A DNA stretch of 64,000 nt from Takakia lepidozioides (GCA_030704615.1 CM060731.1:87296001-87360000), one strand, 5' to 3'; positions 38,130 to 51,516 are shown, counted from the stretch's first letter. The notes: a model not told the origin generated them from the sequence alone. Made by a program: numbers and translations.

Positions 38130-39304
38130 CAGTGTTGGGCGGGTATATGGGTTTGATTATACCCACCGTCTTTAAATCTTGATGTCCGGGTATAGAGCCA
38201 TAGTAGAAATATATCTACACAGCGGACATCAAGCTTAATCAGAATTTCATTTTAGGTCGGGTATCAACCCTATGGGTATATAAAATCAAATACCCGGCGG
38301 TTATCAACCCGGGCATAGACATGTTAATGCACTGGTTGATAACCGTCGGGTATAACTCGGGTATTGCATAACAACATTGAAAAATTAAATATTTTAGTCC
38401 TAGTGTATGAAAAAATAAAATAAAATGCATATAACCATTACATGTGTAGTAAAGATGAAGGTTAAAATGTGTAGCGAATAAATGCTTTGAAATGTACGAA
38501 TGGAGTAAATCAAGAAGATAACATTAATGTTGACTACTCTATGTCAATCATCCCTGCATTGGCAATGAGGTACTCATTATCATCTATGATGTTATTTTCC
38601 ATATCCAAGTAATCTGCAATAGTTTGTTTGGTTTGCTTGCAATCAGCAATTCCACAATCACTCCTTGGAGCGTTTGGCCAGTTTTTCAAAACCATCACAA
38701 GTTTATCCAAGTTGTCAATGCCAAGTCGGCATCGCCGCAAACCTGTGATCACACGTGCAATGCTGAAGATACGTTCCGTCTCGATCTGCGACCCCACTAT
38801 CCCCAATATTTGTCACGCAAGGAAGCCGACATTGGGAAATTGCATCTCATGGTCCTTCCACCATGCTAATGGATTGCAATCACTCAAAGAAACGGCCAAT
38901 CTCCTGAACAAGGATAATTCGGATTTGAGGAGGCCAACTGTTGCCTCCTCATTAGAGGCCAGAGACCCAAATAATCCACTATCAATGACGGGACTGACAA
39001 TAACATTGTTGTCATTGCTACTTGGATTAAGATAATTGAAAACTCGCAGCAAAAAAGGCATGAGGACATTTTGATCATACTGTGCAACAATGCGGACAGC
39101 AATTTCTCGGCTCACGTAATCCGAGATCAGGGTTAGACTCTTATAACGAGGATCTAGCATAAGAGCCAACATATTGTGGGCACATCGGGTAGAAAATGAT
39201 GTCGCAAATGATAGAAACGGTTGCAGGACAGTGATGACTTCAGCCTTCATGCGGATTTGAAGGTGTACTAACTCGGAATCAAAATCGCCAACCTGCAAAA
39301 CCAT
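38130..39304 (-). mobile_element. hAT transposon remnant (3' end)
   Basis: LALMLDPRYK, PLAWWKDHEMQFPNV and SQIETERIFS..RRCRL (hAT dimerisation domain). CAGTGTTGGG terminus at 38130 with GGGTAT/ATACCC subrepeats. Confidence 0.9.
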
Positions 39305-39932
39305 ATGAACTAAATGAGAAAATCTCCAAAAAGTGTAAGAGGTAACCGAAACCTAAATCAACAAAACAAAAATCAATTTTGGGTCGTATGAAGTATGCAA
39401 GCAAAGCATGTCATATAAAGCAAAAATATTTGGTCATTTAGACTACCTGGATATGCAAACCAGCAAATGAAGCTCAAATACTTGGCTACATGAGTTATTT
39501 TGGTGGAGACAAAAACAAGCCAAATACTTGATGGACCAAGTACTACTGGATTGACCCTTAGTGGTGAAAGCCATAAGCACATAGGTAAAGAACATAATTA
39601 GCACCAAGTCAAAGTCAATCATGTCATAGTTATGTGGAGAATGTCAAAGTCAATAATATCCTTGTTTAAGTCATAATTGTGTCAAGTACCAAGTGCAAAA
39701 CAATACTAACACAATTAAGCAAGGTAGGTTTGACCATTTAGTAATATAGAGCAAAGTACCGGCGTGCAACTTCAGCCCTCTAAAAGATTTAACTGAAAGC
39801 AACAAATATGTTTCAGCTACATGAGGCCCCAAACAATCTTAATGAAGGAAAAAAACATATATAAACTAGGTTTTAACTAAATCTGGACTAAAACATGAAA
39901 TCTAGACTTTTCATAAATAGCAGAAAGTGATA

Positions 39933-39968
<36 letters not shown>
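39933..39968 (+). repeat. (AAT)n microsatellite
   Basis: About 12 tandem AAT units. Confidence 0.95.
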
Positions 39969-42887
39969 TGTATTAAAATCAATTTTAGTACAATAAAGTT
40001 CAACTTTTGGGAATTATTATTGAAAAAATAACATTCGGTAATCATATGGCAATTGAGTAAGGGAGATCTCTCGTGCACTTTGTGCATAAAACGAGTAAAA
40101 TCCACGAAATCAGATCATATATTAGCAATCAATGCAAGTGCTACACTGGGTTTGCAGTTGTTCATGAGGATGAGCTGGTTACAGTGTTCCTTCTGGAATT
40201 GGGTTCTCTGCTTGTTCAAAAAGACGAGGACGGGAATTTGGATTCTGGGCACTTGCAGAAACCATTGGTTGGCGAGTGTGGGAGGAAGTGGAGAGTCCTT
40301 TCAGGCACATATCGGGTCCTAGGAAAAGAGAGAAGACAATCAGCAGGCTCAGTAGTTACCCCTGGCACTGCAGCATCGGTCGTGCAGCAGAAGGGCACAG
40401 TTCATGTGAAACAAGAGGTGAGCAAATCCACTACATTCGTGACGCTTTCAGACTCGTCCTCGGAGGATATTTCTGAGATTCCTCCGCTAGTCCAGACTCC
40501 ATTCTTGGATGATGACAAATGACGTCCTTCTCATCATTAAGAAACATGCACATGCGATGACGTCAAGCATCTCATCCGAGTATTTCAGATTCGGTTCTTA
40601 CATCATCTGCATGTTCAGTATCATGTGCATCCTCCACGTTACTCGTATTGGTCCCTCCATTGGACCTCACCTCTTCATCTTGTGGGCGCACCAGTCTTCA
40701 ATATATGTCCTATACTCCAGACAACGAGGGTGCCCAAAGCTTCCCCAATCGTATCAGCATCGGGATGTGAGAAAGACAATCTGATTGTCTCGTGTCTAGG
40801 TAAGACGGTCTTCACGACGACACTCACCAAACTGGTCAAGAGACGCCTGCCATGGCAGAATCCCTCTCCTAACATTTAAGCAGGTAGCCTCAGCCACTAA
40901 CTGCGGTACTCCAGAGCCAAGGCTGTGCTCGAGACTCACATCGTCACCAACAGAGAGTTCTGAGATGGAAGTCACCATCTGGACCACAGGAGACCTCCCG
41001 TGCTACCTGGTTACTAGTTCCCGAACAAATTAAGTCTAGGGTAGCACCGGATTCGTCGACTGATGAAGACAGACTCGAATTGTGGAGATGAAAAGATGAA
41101 GATCAAGGTAAAAGATCAGGGCGTTTGGGACCTTCTCAAGAAATCACGGTCTTCTTTATCAATTTCGGGGAGATCTTGACGACGGGAGGTCTCCCGTCCT
41201 ATCTAGACTCTATGTAGAAGCTACCTAGTAGGTACGTACATACCCAGTAACCTCTCAAGTACTTTACGAGCAGGGGAGGTCTCCCGTTCTCTCGACAGTG
41301 CTTGAACATAAATGATATCTCTTGGATCGTCTAAACATACTTACCTCTCACCTCTCATGACTTATGAACTAATGTAATAAATCAGATGAATTGAGCTGAC
41401 TCTCAATTGATGCAGATAAGAGAGAGGCTGAGCAGACAGAAGCCCCCAACAATGAACTATTTTTAACACTTTTATCTTCTATGCTCATGACACAGCTACA
41501 GGAACACAATTGCAGATGAAGAAGAAGCTAAAAAGAAGAAACAAGGAGGAAGATCCAGAAGACCCAGCAGCAAATAACAAAAGAAAACCATCTTAGCTTA
41601 GTTCAGGAGATTTTGAAGAGATCTGTTTCCTATCTTTCTACTCTGAATCCTATCACTCCCCAGAGCGGCAAGGCTTCGCCGAGAGGAGAGAGAATGAGGG
41701 AGAATGCATTGGATTTTATAGTTGTGGATTCGGATTGTGAGGACATGTGTGGAGAATCATACATCTGGATGCGCGGATGGACATAATCATTAGATGAGCA
41801 ATCGGATTAACATGCGGACGGGCTGCTCATCCAATGATTAGCCCTAAATGATAGGCACGGGGGGTCTCCTGTACTCGTATACTGGCGAGCTGCTCATCCA
41901 ATGATTACCCCTATGTGTTAGGCACATGGGGCCTCCTGTACTCCAGAAAGCCAAGGCGTGCCCTGACATCTCGTCACCGTCTAGCGCGGCGAATTGATGG
42001 GTCGCGCCTGGCGAGCTCTGTGCCCTCTCGCACCCATCATAAATCTCGCGCATTTTCGCGATCGGGCACGTGCCCGGAGATGGCATGCGGCACGGGTGGG
42101 GGCAAGACCAGTAACGTGGCATGGACGGGCGGATCAGGGTGGAGGGAGGTCGGATCTGACGGGCGGATCAAATTTGGCAGGCTGGACGGACGCCCACAGA
42201 CTGTCATCAACTGCCACGAGCCGCCTCGAACTTTAATCGATGCCGAATGGAGTGGCCATTATGGCCAGAGTCTGCCACCGCGTGCCACCAACGGCCTAGG
42301 ATATTAAAAGTTGCGGCGCATGGACTGCATGGCAGCCGCGTGGCTAAATGGGGAGGGGTGTGGCGACATCTGATCATCATGGCCAAGGGGCCATGCATGC
42401 ATGGAATGGGCATCGCATGGGCTAGCGGACAGGGTATAAAAGGGCCCCATTTCTCTTGTTGCGCCTCACGAATCATTCCGAACTCCACGGCGAAGCCCTG
42501 CTGAAAATACCCCAGAACTGAGAGCGGAGAGCGGAGACCGAGGGCTGAGTGGTGAGGGAGGCTGAGTGGTCAGGGCTGAGTGATCAGGGCTGATTGCAGA
42601 GGAGGGCAGAGAGGGCTGAGGGCTGATTGTAAGGAGGCTTGGAGGGCTGAGGAGCGCTAAGGAGGAGGCGTAATCACAAAGCAACTGTCCAAATGGCTTC
42701 AAGCTCAAGGTAATTTCGTAATCCTCATGCTCATTTTTTGTCACAATCTGCATCTTCAATTCGTGTAGGAAAACTCTCTCACGCCTCTGCAATCGCGTAG
42801 AAACTATTGAAGGGTAGAGAGGTCAAGAATTATATTATCTATTTGGTGATTTTTTTTTATTAATTAATTATTTGTATAAATGGCAAG

Positions 42888-43296
42888 AAAGTGAAGAAGC
42901 ACGGGAGGCCTCCCATGCTATTCACCGACAAAACTTGTCGGACATATAAGATGTGAGGATGTCTGCTAGCTCATTATCTAAAACATTTTGCATCTTTTCA
43001 GTTCGGGGATTCTGTTTCGCATCAGGGGATCTTTTCCAAATCAGGAGAGTTTGTAATTTTCCAGATGAAGGGTAGTAGAAAGGTGAAGAAGCACGGGAGG
43101 CCTACCGTGCTCTTCTTGGTCATATAAGATGTGAGGATGTCTGCTAGCTCATCATCTAAAACATTTTGCATCTTCTGAGTTCGGGGATTCTATTTTGCAT
43201 CAGGGGATCTTTTCCAAATCAAGAGAGTTTGTATTTTTCCAGATGAAGGGTAGTAGAAAGGTGAAAAAGCACGGGAGGCCTCCCGTGCTCTTCACC
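42888..43296 (+). repeat. ~180-190 bp tandem repeat, each unit starting with a palindrome
   Basis: Units begin GTGAAGAAGCACGGGAGGCC near 42890, 43083 and 43261. Confidence 0.85.
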
Positions 43297-44473
43297 AAGA
43301 ACAAGTTTGGGAAAATCTTCAGTTGCTCGATCCTAGACTGGGTGAAAATGGTGTCTTTCTAAAATGGGGGAAGTGGCTGGAACGTGAGACTTTTTCCGGA
43401 TTTAGACTGATGGAGGTTAAACTTTTTGTTCATGCTCAGTCCAGGATCCTCCAATGAGAACGGGGATGTGGTTAACTCCACAATTCCATTTTCTCTCGGC
43501 ACCACTCCAGGCACCCCGGAAGTGTCAGAAGAGTCTCTAGGATACGCACCAGAGTCGCCATAGAAATCGATCTCACCACGATACGTACCCAGGTCACCGG
43601 CTTGTGTAGAATCCACTCATTTCTCTCCTGGGTACACACCGGAGTCCCCGGAATACTATTGGGGCTATCCTGCGCAGGGATCACCTGAATACACACCAGA
43701 ATCCCCTTAGTACTCACCATGATCCCCTGCATACGTTTCTGGATCACCTAGCTACTCACCCCAATACCACACTTATGTCCCCGGATCACCTGGGTACTCG
43801 CCGCCCTTTCCAAGATACATCCCCAGTTCACTGGCGTATATACCTGGTGAGAATGATGATCAGGATGACATATCGCAAATTTTCCCAGACTGGGTTTCTG
43901 ACACTGACACTTGGAGTCCAGTATACTCTCCAGAGACCTCTAGAAGAGATCTAGCGCAGGAGATGATGAGATCCCAGACCAGCAGTGCGTATCAGAATTG
44001 GCTCGATAGCCCTCTTCTCCCTAGTGTGTCTATAGATAGGAGTGAACTCGCGCATAGACTAGTTGGGTCGGCTTAGATTTGGGACTTCAGAACTGGGGAG
44101 ACATAGGCAGGACGGGAGGCCTCCCGTCCTTCCTGTTTACACGAAAATGTACTCGTTATGCAGATCATCTGATTGATATTTTGAAATAAATTGAGGATCT
44201 TTATCAATTTCATCTCTCTGTCATTGATGTTTTGTCTCATTGTTTCATTCATTTCTTTCAGACAAAGCACTATTTTACAAACATTAAGAATAATTATTTT
44301 TTGGGTTATACTCTATACAGCAACCGCCAATTTGTTTTTTTCAAAAAATCATTTTTTTTGTTTTTGTTTCTCCGGTTGAAGATCTAACAGCGACCGCCGC
44401 TTCATTTTCTTTTTTTATAATATTAAGCGACAACCAGATTGGCGGTCGCTTAATTCCTTAAAATTAAAAAGAA

Positions 44474-45617
44474 ATGACCTTCGTAGAAGAACGTTCCCGC
44501 AATTGGAGAGCACATCACGGACATCACGACAATAGCTCCAGAGAGGAACTCGGGTGCGAAGATGATTCCTGGAGATCCGACATGAACATTCGGACAGCAC
44601 CTCGAGGTCCCGTCATGTTGTCGCACAATGTGTCTTCCAGTAGTGGAAGCCCAAGAAATTCCAGATCGCCATCGCCTTCAAGCGGGGATTCCGTGCGAGA
44701 AATTCCTACCGCTCGCTTGCCCCAGATTCTGCCCGCTGTTATGCAGTATGGCCAAGCCATTGTGGAGACGACTGTGTTTGCGTCACAGTGGAGAATTGCT
44801 CGCACAAAGCCGTCGTTTCGAGGCAGGTATTCCGCAATTCGAGTGGATACACGGCAACGTTGATTAGAGATGATAAGGAGGAATCCAGATGGGGTTGTCC
44901 CTGCTCCTACTTTTACAGGAAGATTTGTCCATGCAAAGTTTGCGGAGGCGACAACCACCCAGTTCTGGTTTTGCAGGCACAACATTATGACTTGCGTGTA
45001 TGGAAAGCCCAAGTACGACATACAAACAATGCCAGAGGCTCCCCCGGTGTGGCCGGTGGAACCAGGCTGCGATCTGAGTCAGGTTGAGGCCGACGCCCTT
45101 ACCGCCGCAAGATTTCGGATGGTGCAGCGCACTGACGTCCCCAGACAACCATTTCCGCCTCCACAGCCTCCACCACCGACCCCTGTGAGAGCAAGAACAA
45201 TGGGACACGACAGCTCTAAGCATCCTACACACCGTTGGGGGAAACCGAAGAGGCGGCGACCTCCCTCAAAAGTGAACGAGACAAGGATGGGGAATGCACT
45301 TCGGATGAACTGTACAATCCAGAGCTCGACAGAAGTGCCCCCACCAGGCTTTGGGCGTGTGTATCAGATGGCCACGGCAGGCTCAGCTGTTCGCAATGAG
45401 GTGTACACCATCACCATTTCAGAATTACCCACCTGCAATTGCACCGACTTCCAGATCATGGCGAACAAGGGGGCATCACTGCCCTTGCAAGCATCTGTAC
45501 TACGTGTACCTAAAGAGACTTTGGTGTAATTCCACAACTCATCACTTCATACATGCACCAGGGTTGAGCCCCCAAGAGGTGCACACTCTTCTGAATATGG
45601 ATCCAGGGGACCAGTGA
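44474..45617 (+). pseudogene. SWIM zinc-finger protein (transposon-associated)
   Basis: YTITISELPTCNCTDF..CPCKHLYYVY (CxC..CxH) spans one frameshift. The upstream PAPTF..FWFC segment is Cys-containing. Confidence 0.8.
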
Positions 45618-46209
45618 GCTTGGCTTGCGGTCCCAACACAATGGTACGCCCATCCTTTTCGGATAGTAGAACTGTACTGCTGCAAGTAGCTCTGACTCTG
45701 GCCACGGAAAGGTCCGACTTATGTCTTGCCTACCAGTAACCTGTTTTGCTCGAACTAAGATAATACTATGTCATTCACTTGTGTTTCCACGTGCATGTAT
45801 TTTTGTGTGTTGGAGGGTTCTTGTTTTTCTGCTCTCCCAAACTTTGATTTCCTCATTCGACCCCCGACAAGGAAATGCGGCGCCGCATTTCCAAGTAACA
45901 TCATAGGTACTAGTAGATGCGGCCTTCGCCAACACCAAACCGCCCAGAAATTTCGCACGTGCGAACCCTAATGCGGCACCGCATTTCCCAGTTGAGTCGC
46001 AAACCTTTCCCGCCGAATACCCGAAGATGACAGAATTGTGAAGTACTGCAGACTCTATTGGTGCAGACTCTATTAGTTCAATCGCGGCAAAAGGGTCAGC
46101 TTCATTCCAATGTTAAGGCATGTAAAACCGCGGAATACTCTATACAGGCCAGTATGCGACGTCCTTTGGCCGTGGTATACTGGATTTCTCGTTGCACGGT
46201 CACTCATTT

Positions 46210-46470
46210 CCATGAGCGGATCTAAAAAACCATGAGCGGACTTGTTACTGACGACATATCTTTGCCGCATTACAAGATCTGGAACTTCCAAAAACGGCAA
46301 GGTCAAATAAAAAACTATTATTTTAATACTTGTTTAATCTGCCGCATTTCCAAATTTGGAGGAGTCCGCTCATGAAATCCGCGTGTCTTACACTTCGGCT
46401 CACCGCTCATGCGGCTCATGCGGCTCATGGCTCATGGCTCATGGTTTTTGCTCATGAAATAATAAACCTC
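46210..46470. repeat. MULE-like terminus with CATGAGC/GCTCATG subrepeats
   Basis: Tandem GCTCATG array ending ATAAACCTCC. The architecture matches the ends of 9561-11275. Confidence 0.55.
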
Positions 46471-46807
46471 CAAACTGTGCACGTGAAGGCTTACCCGTGC
46501 CGCATATGAGGTCAAGAATCCGCCCTTGGACATCCGAGCACGTCTCCATGAGGGTTTGGATGAAAGCAGGACTCCGGGTCCGGCTGTATCGCCACGGTTT
46601 GCCTGTCTTTGTGTCCTTCGGCATACTGGAGTGGGGCACATAGTTGTAGAGGACATCGTAGGTAACAGGGTCCACAGCGGCATCAACAAGATGACCGTCG
46701 TTGCAGAATCTGAACGTAGACCCCCTCTGCACAAAACAATATGCCTCAAACACCAATGTTTGCACATCCAACAAAAGAGGGATCAACTCCAGGATCTAGT
46801 TTAGATA
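46471..46807 (-). pseudogene. Methyltransferase exon fragment (copy 3), antisense to copy 2
   Basis: Near-identical to 16827-17161 (FEAYCFV..GRILDLICGTG). Confidence 0.85.
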
Positions 46808-46889
46808 TTTTGTCGTGTCTACTCAGTCACCCCTCTCGCGCCCTTTCTATCTGCACTCTTCGCCCCTTTTCCCTGTCTCTGTTCTTCTT

Positions 46890-49800
46890 ATGCTCGAACA
46901 TGAGAGGGAGGGAGTGCGTGCACCAGAGAAGAGACATCGTTGCAAGCTCCGAAAATTGTACTTCGGACGTAGGCCAATGCCGAAGGGGAGGAAGCAGATG
47001 CGTCTACAGGAGGAGATTGCCATCTCGCAGCAGCAGGCCATGCAGGCAACCCAGCCACCAGTGAGAGCTCCGTGCTATCGGGATGCGCGCAGCTGATCGA
47101 GCACCGAAACCCCCCTCATTTTTCTTCTGCAATTCTTAGACTGTATGCTAGGAGACTTGAATACAAAAGATGTTTGCATGCCTAACCGGAAAGGTGGACG
47201 TGCTGGAGGGATCGAAAGAATCTGAAGAGCCGCAGGAAGAGTCTGTGGAGCTAGCTGCAGCACGCACACCCAGCCGATCCACGAGCACGGGTCTTCCTGC
47301 CGGGCCTAGCCCTGTGCGTTTCAAGGACGCGGCTTCAAAAAGCAAGTCTTTGCAGTTCAAAGCCCTAGAGAGCGACTCGCGTTCGAAGGTCATGGAGAAT
47401 CGCCAGCAGGGGTCGGGCCCTTCTCCAGCAAAGACGAAGAAGAAACAGCCCGTCCTTCAACTATTTTCTGAACCGGACTAGGCCGTTTCCCCCCCACCCA
47501 CGCGAATGAAGCAGAAGGGTACAGGGCAGATTCAATTGCAGCAGACACCTTCACGTGCAAGAATGAGGAAACACAAGGCAATCAGGGGGAGGGCGGAGCA
47601 GTCTCCCGCAAAACCGATTCCACGAGCTGAAGCCCAGTTCCTGCTTGATTTCCAGCCTGGTGATGTTGGGGTCGTCTCTGCTGCAGCGAAGGCAATGGGA
47701 TCGACCGATTTCATCGATCTGTTACCGGAGGAGGGTGCTGCCGCTCAACGTTCGCAGCAAGACCTGACCACCATTGCGGAAGATCTTCATAATACTGCAG
47801 GCCCGGAGGAGGCCTCTGCAATGGCAGAATTACCCGCAAAGATTCCCCACCGCTCCAGTTGGGGATGCTCCAGCTACTCAGCCCCTACCGCCACCTACAG
47901 AAATGTCTCCGGAGGAATTCCAAAGTGCAGCGGATACAATGTTGGAGGAGACACACGGTAGCATTGGCAGAGTTCTGGGCAGCAGGGTATTCCAGCGGAC
48001 TCTTTGAATCCCACTCTGTCGCATGGTCTCTCTTCCCATCGTCAGGCAAGCACTTCCCGGAGATGTGGATAAGCTCAAGTTTGCATTTCGAGAAGGGTAC
48101 CGTCTAGGTTCACCAGCCTTCTACGTTTCCATTGAGAATGAAGACGGCGAAACTCGTGGACCCACTGCGGATGAATTGTCAACATGGGATACCCACTGGC
48201 ACACTTGCAACGACAAATTCGAGGCAACGCTGAAGGGTGATCCAGACTTCAGCCATATGTAAGGTAAAATGTTCTTTGTGTGGGACAGGAATCACCGACT
48301 TCTTGCCTGGTGGGAGTACATCAAGCAAAACCATGCCAAGCACATTGGCTGGCATTACATGGTGGAGTGTGTCATCCTCAAGGTGAAGGCGGCAGACTCC
48401 TCCTTACTCAAGAATGCCATGGCGGACCTCAACTAGTAAGATACTCATACCCTCCCAAACACGTTCGAAATGCGGTGCCGCATTTCGGTTTCCAATCTGT
48501 TTTGTTTCCATGCTTCCGTGGACTGAACTGGAGAGTGTGCCTTGCAGGGTCACTGGTCTCACTGATCCGCACATGTTTGCAGAAATGCTGGAGCCCGAGC
48601 TCATTCAGAAAGCCGTGGCAAAAACTGACCGGACATGGTATCGTCTCACTATGGATGGAATGGTGGAGGTGATATACAAAGTAAGTTGTCCTCCCATTTC
48701 CCTCTGCTCATCCTTCCCCAATTTTCAGTAATCTTTCCACATGAATCGAATGTAACGCTTCTGCATGTTTTTGTTGGCAGTCAAACATCAAGTTGGATTT
48801 GGCCCATGCCAAACGCTTCTTCATGGAAAGTGAGGGGCAGGTCAAAACGTTGCAGTCATCGACTGAGCACTTGAAGGAAGTCAGGGTCAAGTCGAGAACG
48901 AAATACAAGTCAAAGCTTGTGAAGCTGGTGGCAATTGCAGATCCGGCACTTGGAAAGGACTTCATCCCCGAGATTGCAAAACACTATTCAGCCATGCAGC
49001 CGACCATGCAGTTGGAGAAACTGCATCACCTCTCAACGGCATGTGTTGAGGCGAAAGAGAAGGTGAGGTTTCAATGCACTGAAGTTCCTTCCTAGCAATA
49101 GCCACTCTTCTTCCTGCTCCTGACATTGGATCAGAAATGGCAGACACGGTGTCTGTCGATCTGGAATGCATCGGAGAGTATAAGGACAATGTGGTCTTTT
49201 CCACTCGAAGTTTCCGACCCTGCAGTGGATGTGTGGCTCAACCGCATGACTTGGTGGTTCCAGGTAATTCAAGGTACTTCCCCAGATCTGCTTTTCTGAA
49301 ATGAATTCCCTGAACTGCTACGTGACAATGCATATGGGAATCGCAGGTAATGACGAATGCGAAGGAGCAAGTCGTAATGCATACAAATTCGTTCGGCTTG
49401 TACGTCAAATGGGATGGAGCACGGACATTGGAAGACTACGTGACACGTTTCAGATGTGCGTACAAGGACAACCTCTTCGCCAGGGAGCTACAGACAGCAA
49501 GAAGGAGCGTGGAGCTTACACATCAGGAGGGAGCGGGAAAAGCTACAATGCGAATTGTTTACAGGTGAAGCCCAGCTGCCCTTGTATGCAAAGCCTGGTT
49601 ATGAGGTTTGTCTGGGAAATGCGGCACCGCATTCGCATTTTATGTTTTCGGTTGCACTCTGCGAGCACGTTGGTCTGAACTTTTGCTCATGCATGCTGAC
49701 TGCCTTGCAGGTATATGAAATACGTGCTTCTTCAACAGGGGCCCTGGCTCAAGAGCCCCCGTTCTTCATGGCTTGGACCGTGGCGGGCCCAAGCTGTGTC

Positions 49801-51365
49801 TACACACCCGAGATGCAGAAACAATGGCATGTCGCGCATCTCGTTGGATGCCCGTGGTACCTGGACATGTCTGGCGGAATTGTTGACGAGTCTGAGAAAG
49901 ATCTGCACGCAAAAGCAGAAGAGAAGAGGAAGGAAAGACGTGTCCCTGCTGGGCCAAGTCGACAAAGGAAGCTGCTGCTCTGGAACAATCCAGAAAGGCA
50001 GCTGAGATGGCACAGAAGACGGTGGATGCAGCTGTGTAGGCTCAACAGAAGGGGTCGAAGAAGAGGACTCGCCAGCAAGGAGCAACAGTTGTGACACCCA
50101 AGAAAACGAAGAAGTAGAAACAGATAGAGCAGGAAGAGGGTGACGAAGAGGACTCCGATGGAGACTTTGCAACCAGCCCACCCCCAAAACGCAGCCGAAA
50201 TCCCCTGTGCCCACCATTGTCACGAGAGGGATGAGAACAGGCTCGGCAAAGAAGGCACTCTTCAACCCCCCGGGGGGGCACCCTTTCGAGCCGGTGGAAA
50301 TGAAGAGGCCGGAAGTGGATCCCGATACAGTAGTCCAGTGTGTAAATGAGAGTTTCTTGGCGGCTTTGGATGGACGGGCAGCCAAGTTGGCATACATGAA
50401 GACCATGGAGGGTCTGAAGGGCAGAGCACTGAAGAAGGCGGCTGCTGAAGAGCCTTCCGACACCCCTGGGTTTCTGAAGATGGTCTCGTTCTTTGAGAGG
50501 GTGTGTGCAGACAAGGATTGTAGGAGGGGCGGAAATGCCACCGAGTGGTCTTGCGATATGATCATCTTGGATATTCCGGATGGAGAGCCTGTGGAAGGAT
50601 TACAAGCTTTGCCATCTTGGAACAGGTTCTCCGAGGACTTTTGGAAGAAAGGATTCGGGCTCGCCAGCATGGTGTTGGACGACAGAGGCTGTGTGGTTGT
50701 CCTGGCGAGGAGAGGAAAAAACACGCAGACAGGAATTGCGAAGTGGACCCGCAAGAGCGCCATCCCAATTCTGAAGAAGAAGTGGACGTGCATCAACACA
50801 TTGGGCCTTTGGTCGGAAGGGAAGAAGGTAATTACGACATTGGCACTCGTCCTTTCATTTTCTTAGGTGTTTTGAAATGCGGTGTCGCATTCGATTTCTA
50901 ATCGTTCCCCACTGTGTATGCAGACGAAGCAGTTCGATGCATAGTGCTTTGTGAAGGAGAACTCCACCTTTGCTTTCCGGAAGGAGGGATTGTTGGTTGA
51001 CCCGAACTGCGACCCCATCGATTACGACGTCCTGTTCAACAACGTTCCCACAGAACTTCTCCCTCATAGCCTCACTTCAACGGAACCCCTGCGGTATTCA
51101 CGGACTCGGAGCCCTGCCTTCATTCAGACAATTATGGAGACATGCACTGACGTGGAGGGCACAGTGCTCGACCTCATCTGTGGGACATGTATGCAAAATC
51201 TTGTTCTATGCTGTTCTGCAAATTCTCCTTATGCTTTAATTTGCAACATCTGAAGGGCCATGTTATAATGTGTGGATGACATTGTAAGGTGCCTCAATGT
51301 GGGCTGGGCGGTTTTCCGACCGGCACCTCTTTGCCTACGAGGAGGACACATCCTCCATTTTTAGG
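46890..51365 (+). pseudogene. Spliced ParB/Srx-like domain plus beta-class amino-methyltransferase fusion gene (copy 2)
   Basis: VRQALPGDVDKLKFAFREGY..MFFVWDRNHRLLAWW (48020-48320), CDMIILDIPDG (50552-50584) and GTVLDLICGT/ASMWAG..RHLFAYEED (51158-51347). GT-AG introns lie at 48436-48547, 48681-48780, 49565-49710, 50828-50923 and 51189-51288. There are a few premature stops. Confidence 0.75.
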
Positions 51366-51516
51366 GTATGAATTCAAACCTTATCCCTGCCGCCTGCTAC
51401 TTGTCAGCAGCCGCGAACGTGCGCACTGATGCTCCTTGCACGTTGTCCATCGTGTCCAGTGTACTGCGGCGCGTTTCTTGCAGGTTCAGAAGCGTGTTAT
51501 CTGTACTATACAGGGC

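Noticed and set aside
49732-50799. 355-aa minus-strand ORF
   Set aside because: It is the antisense shadow of the ParB-MTase exon and has no motifs of its own. The same applies to most ORFs opposite PPR and gag sequences.
46890-51365. Bacterial or phage contamination explaining the ParB-MTase
   Set aside because: The gene has multiple GT-AG introns, some shared between paralogs, and is nested with plant TEs.
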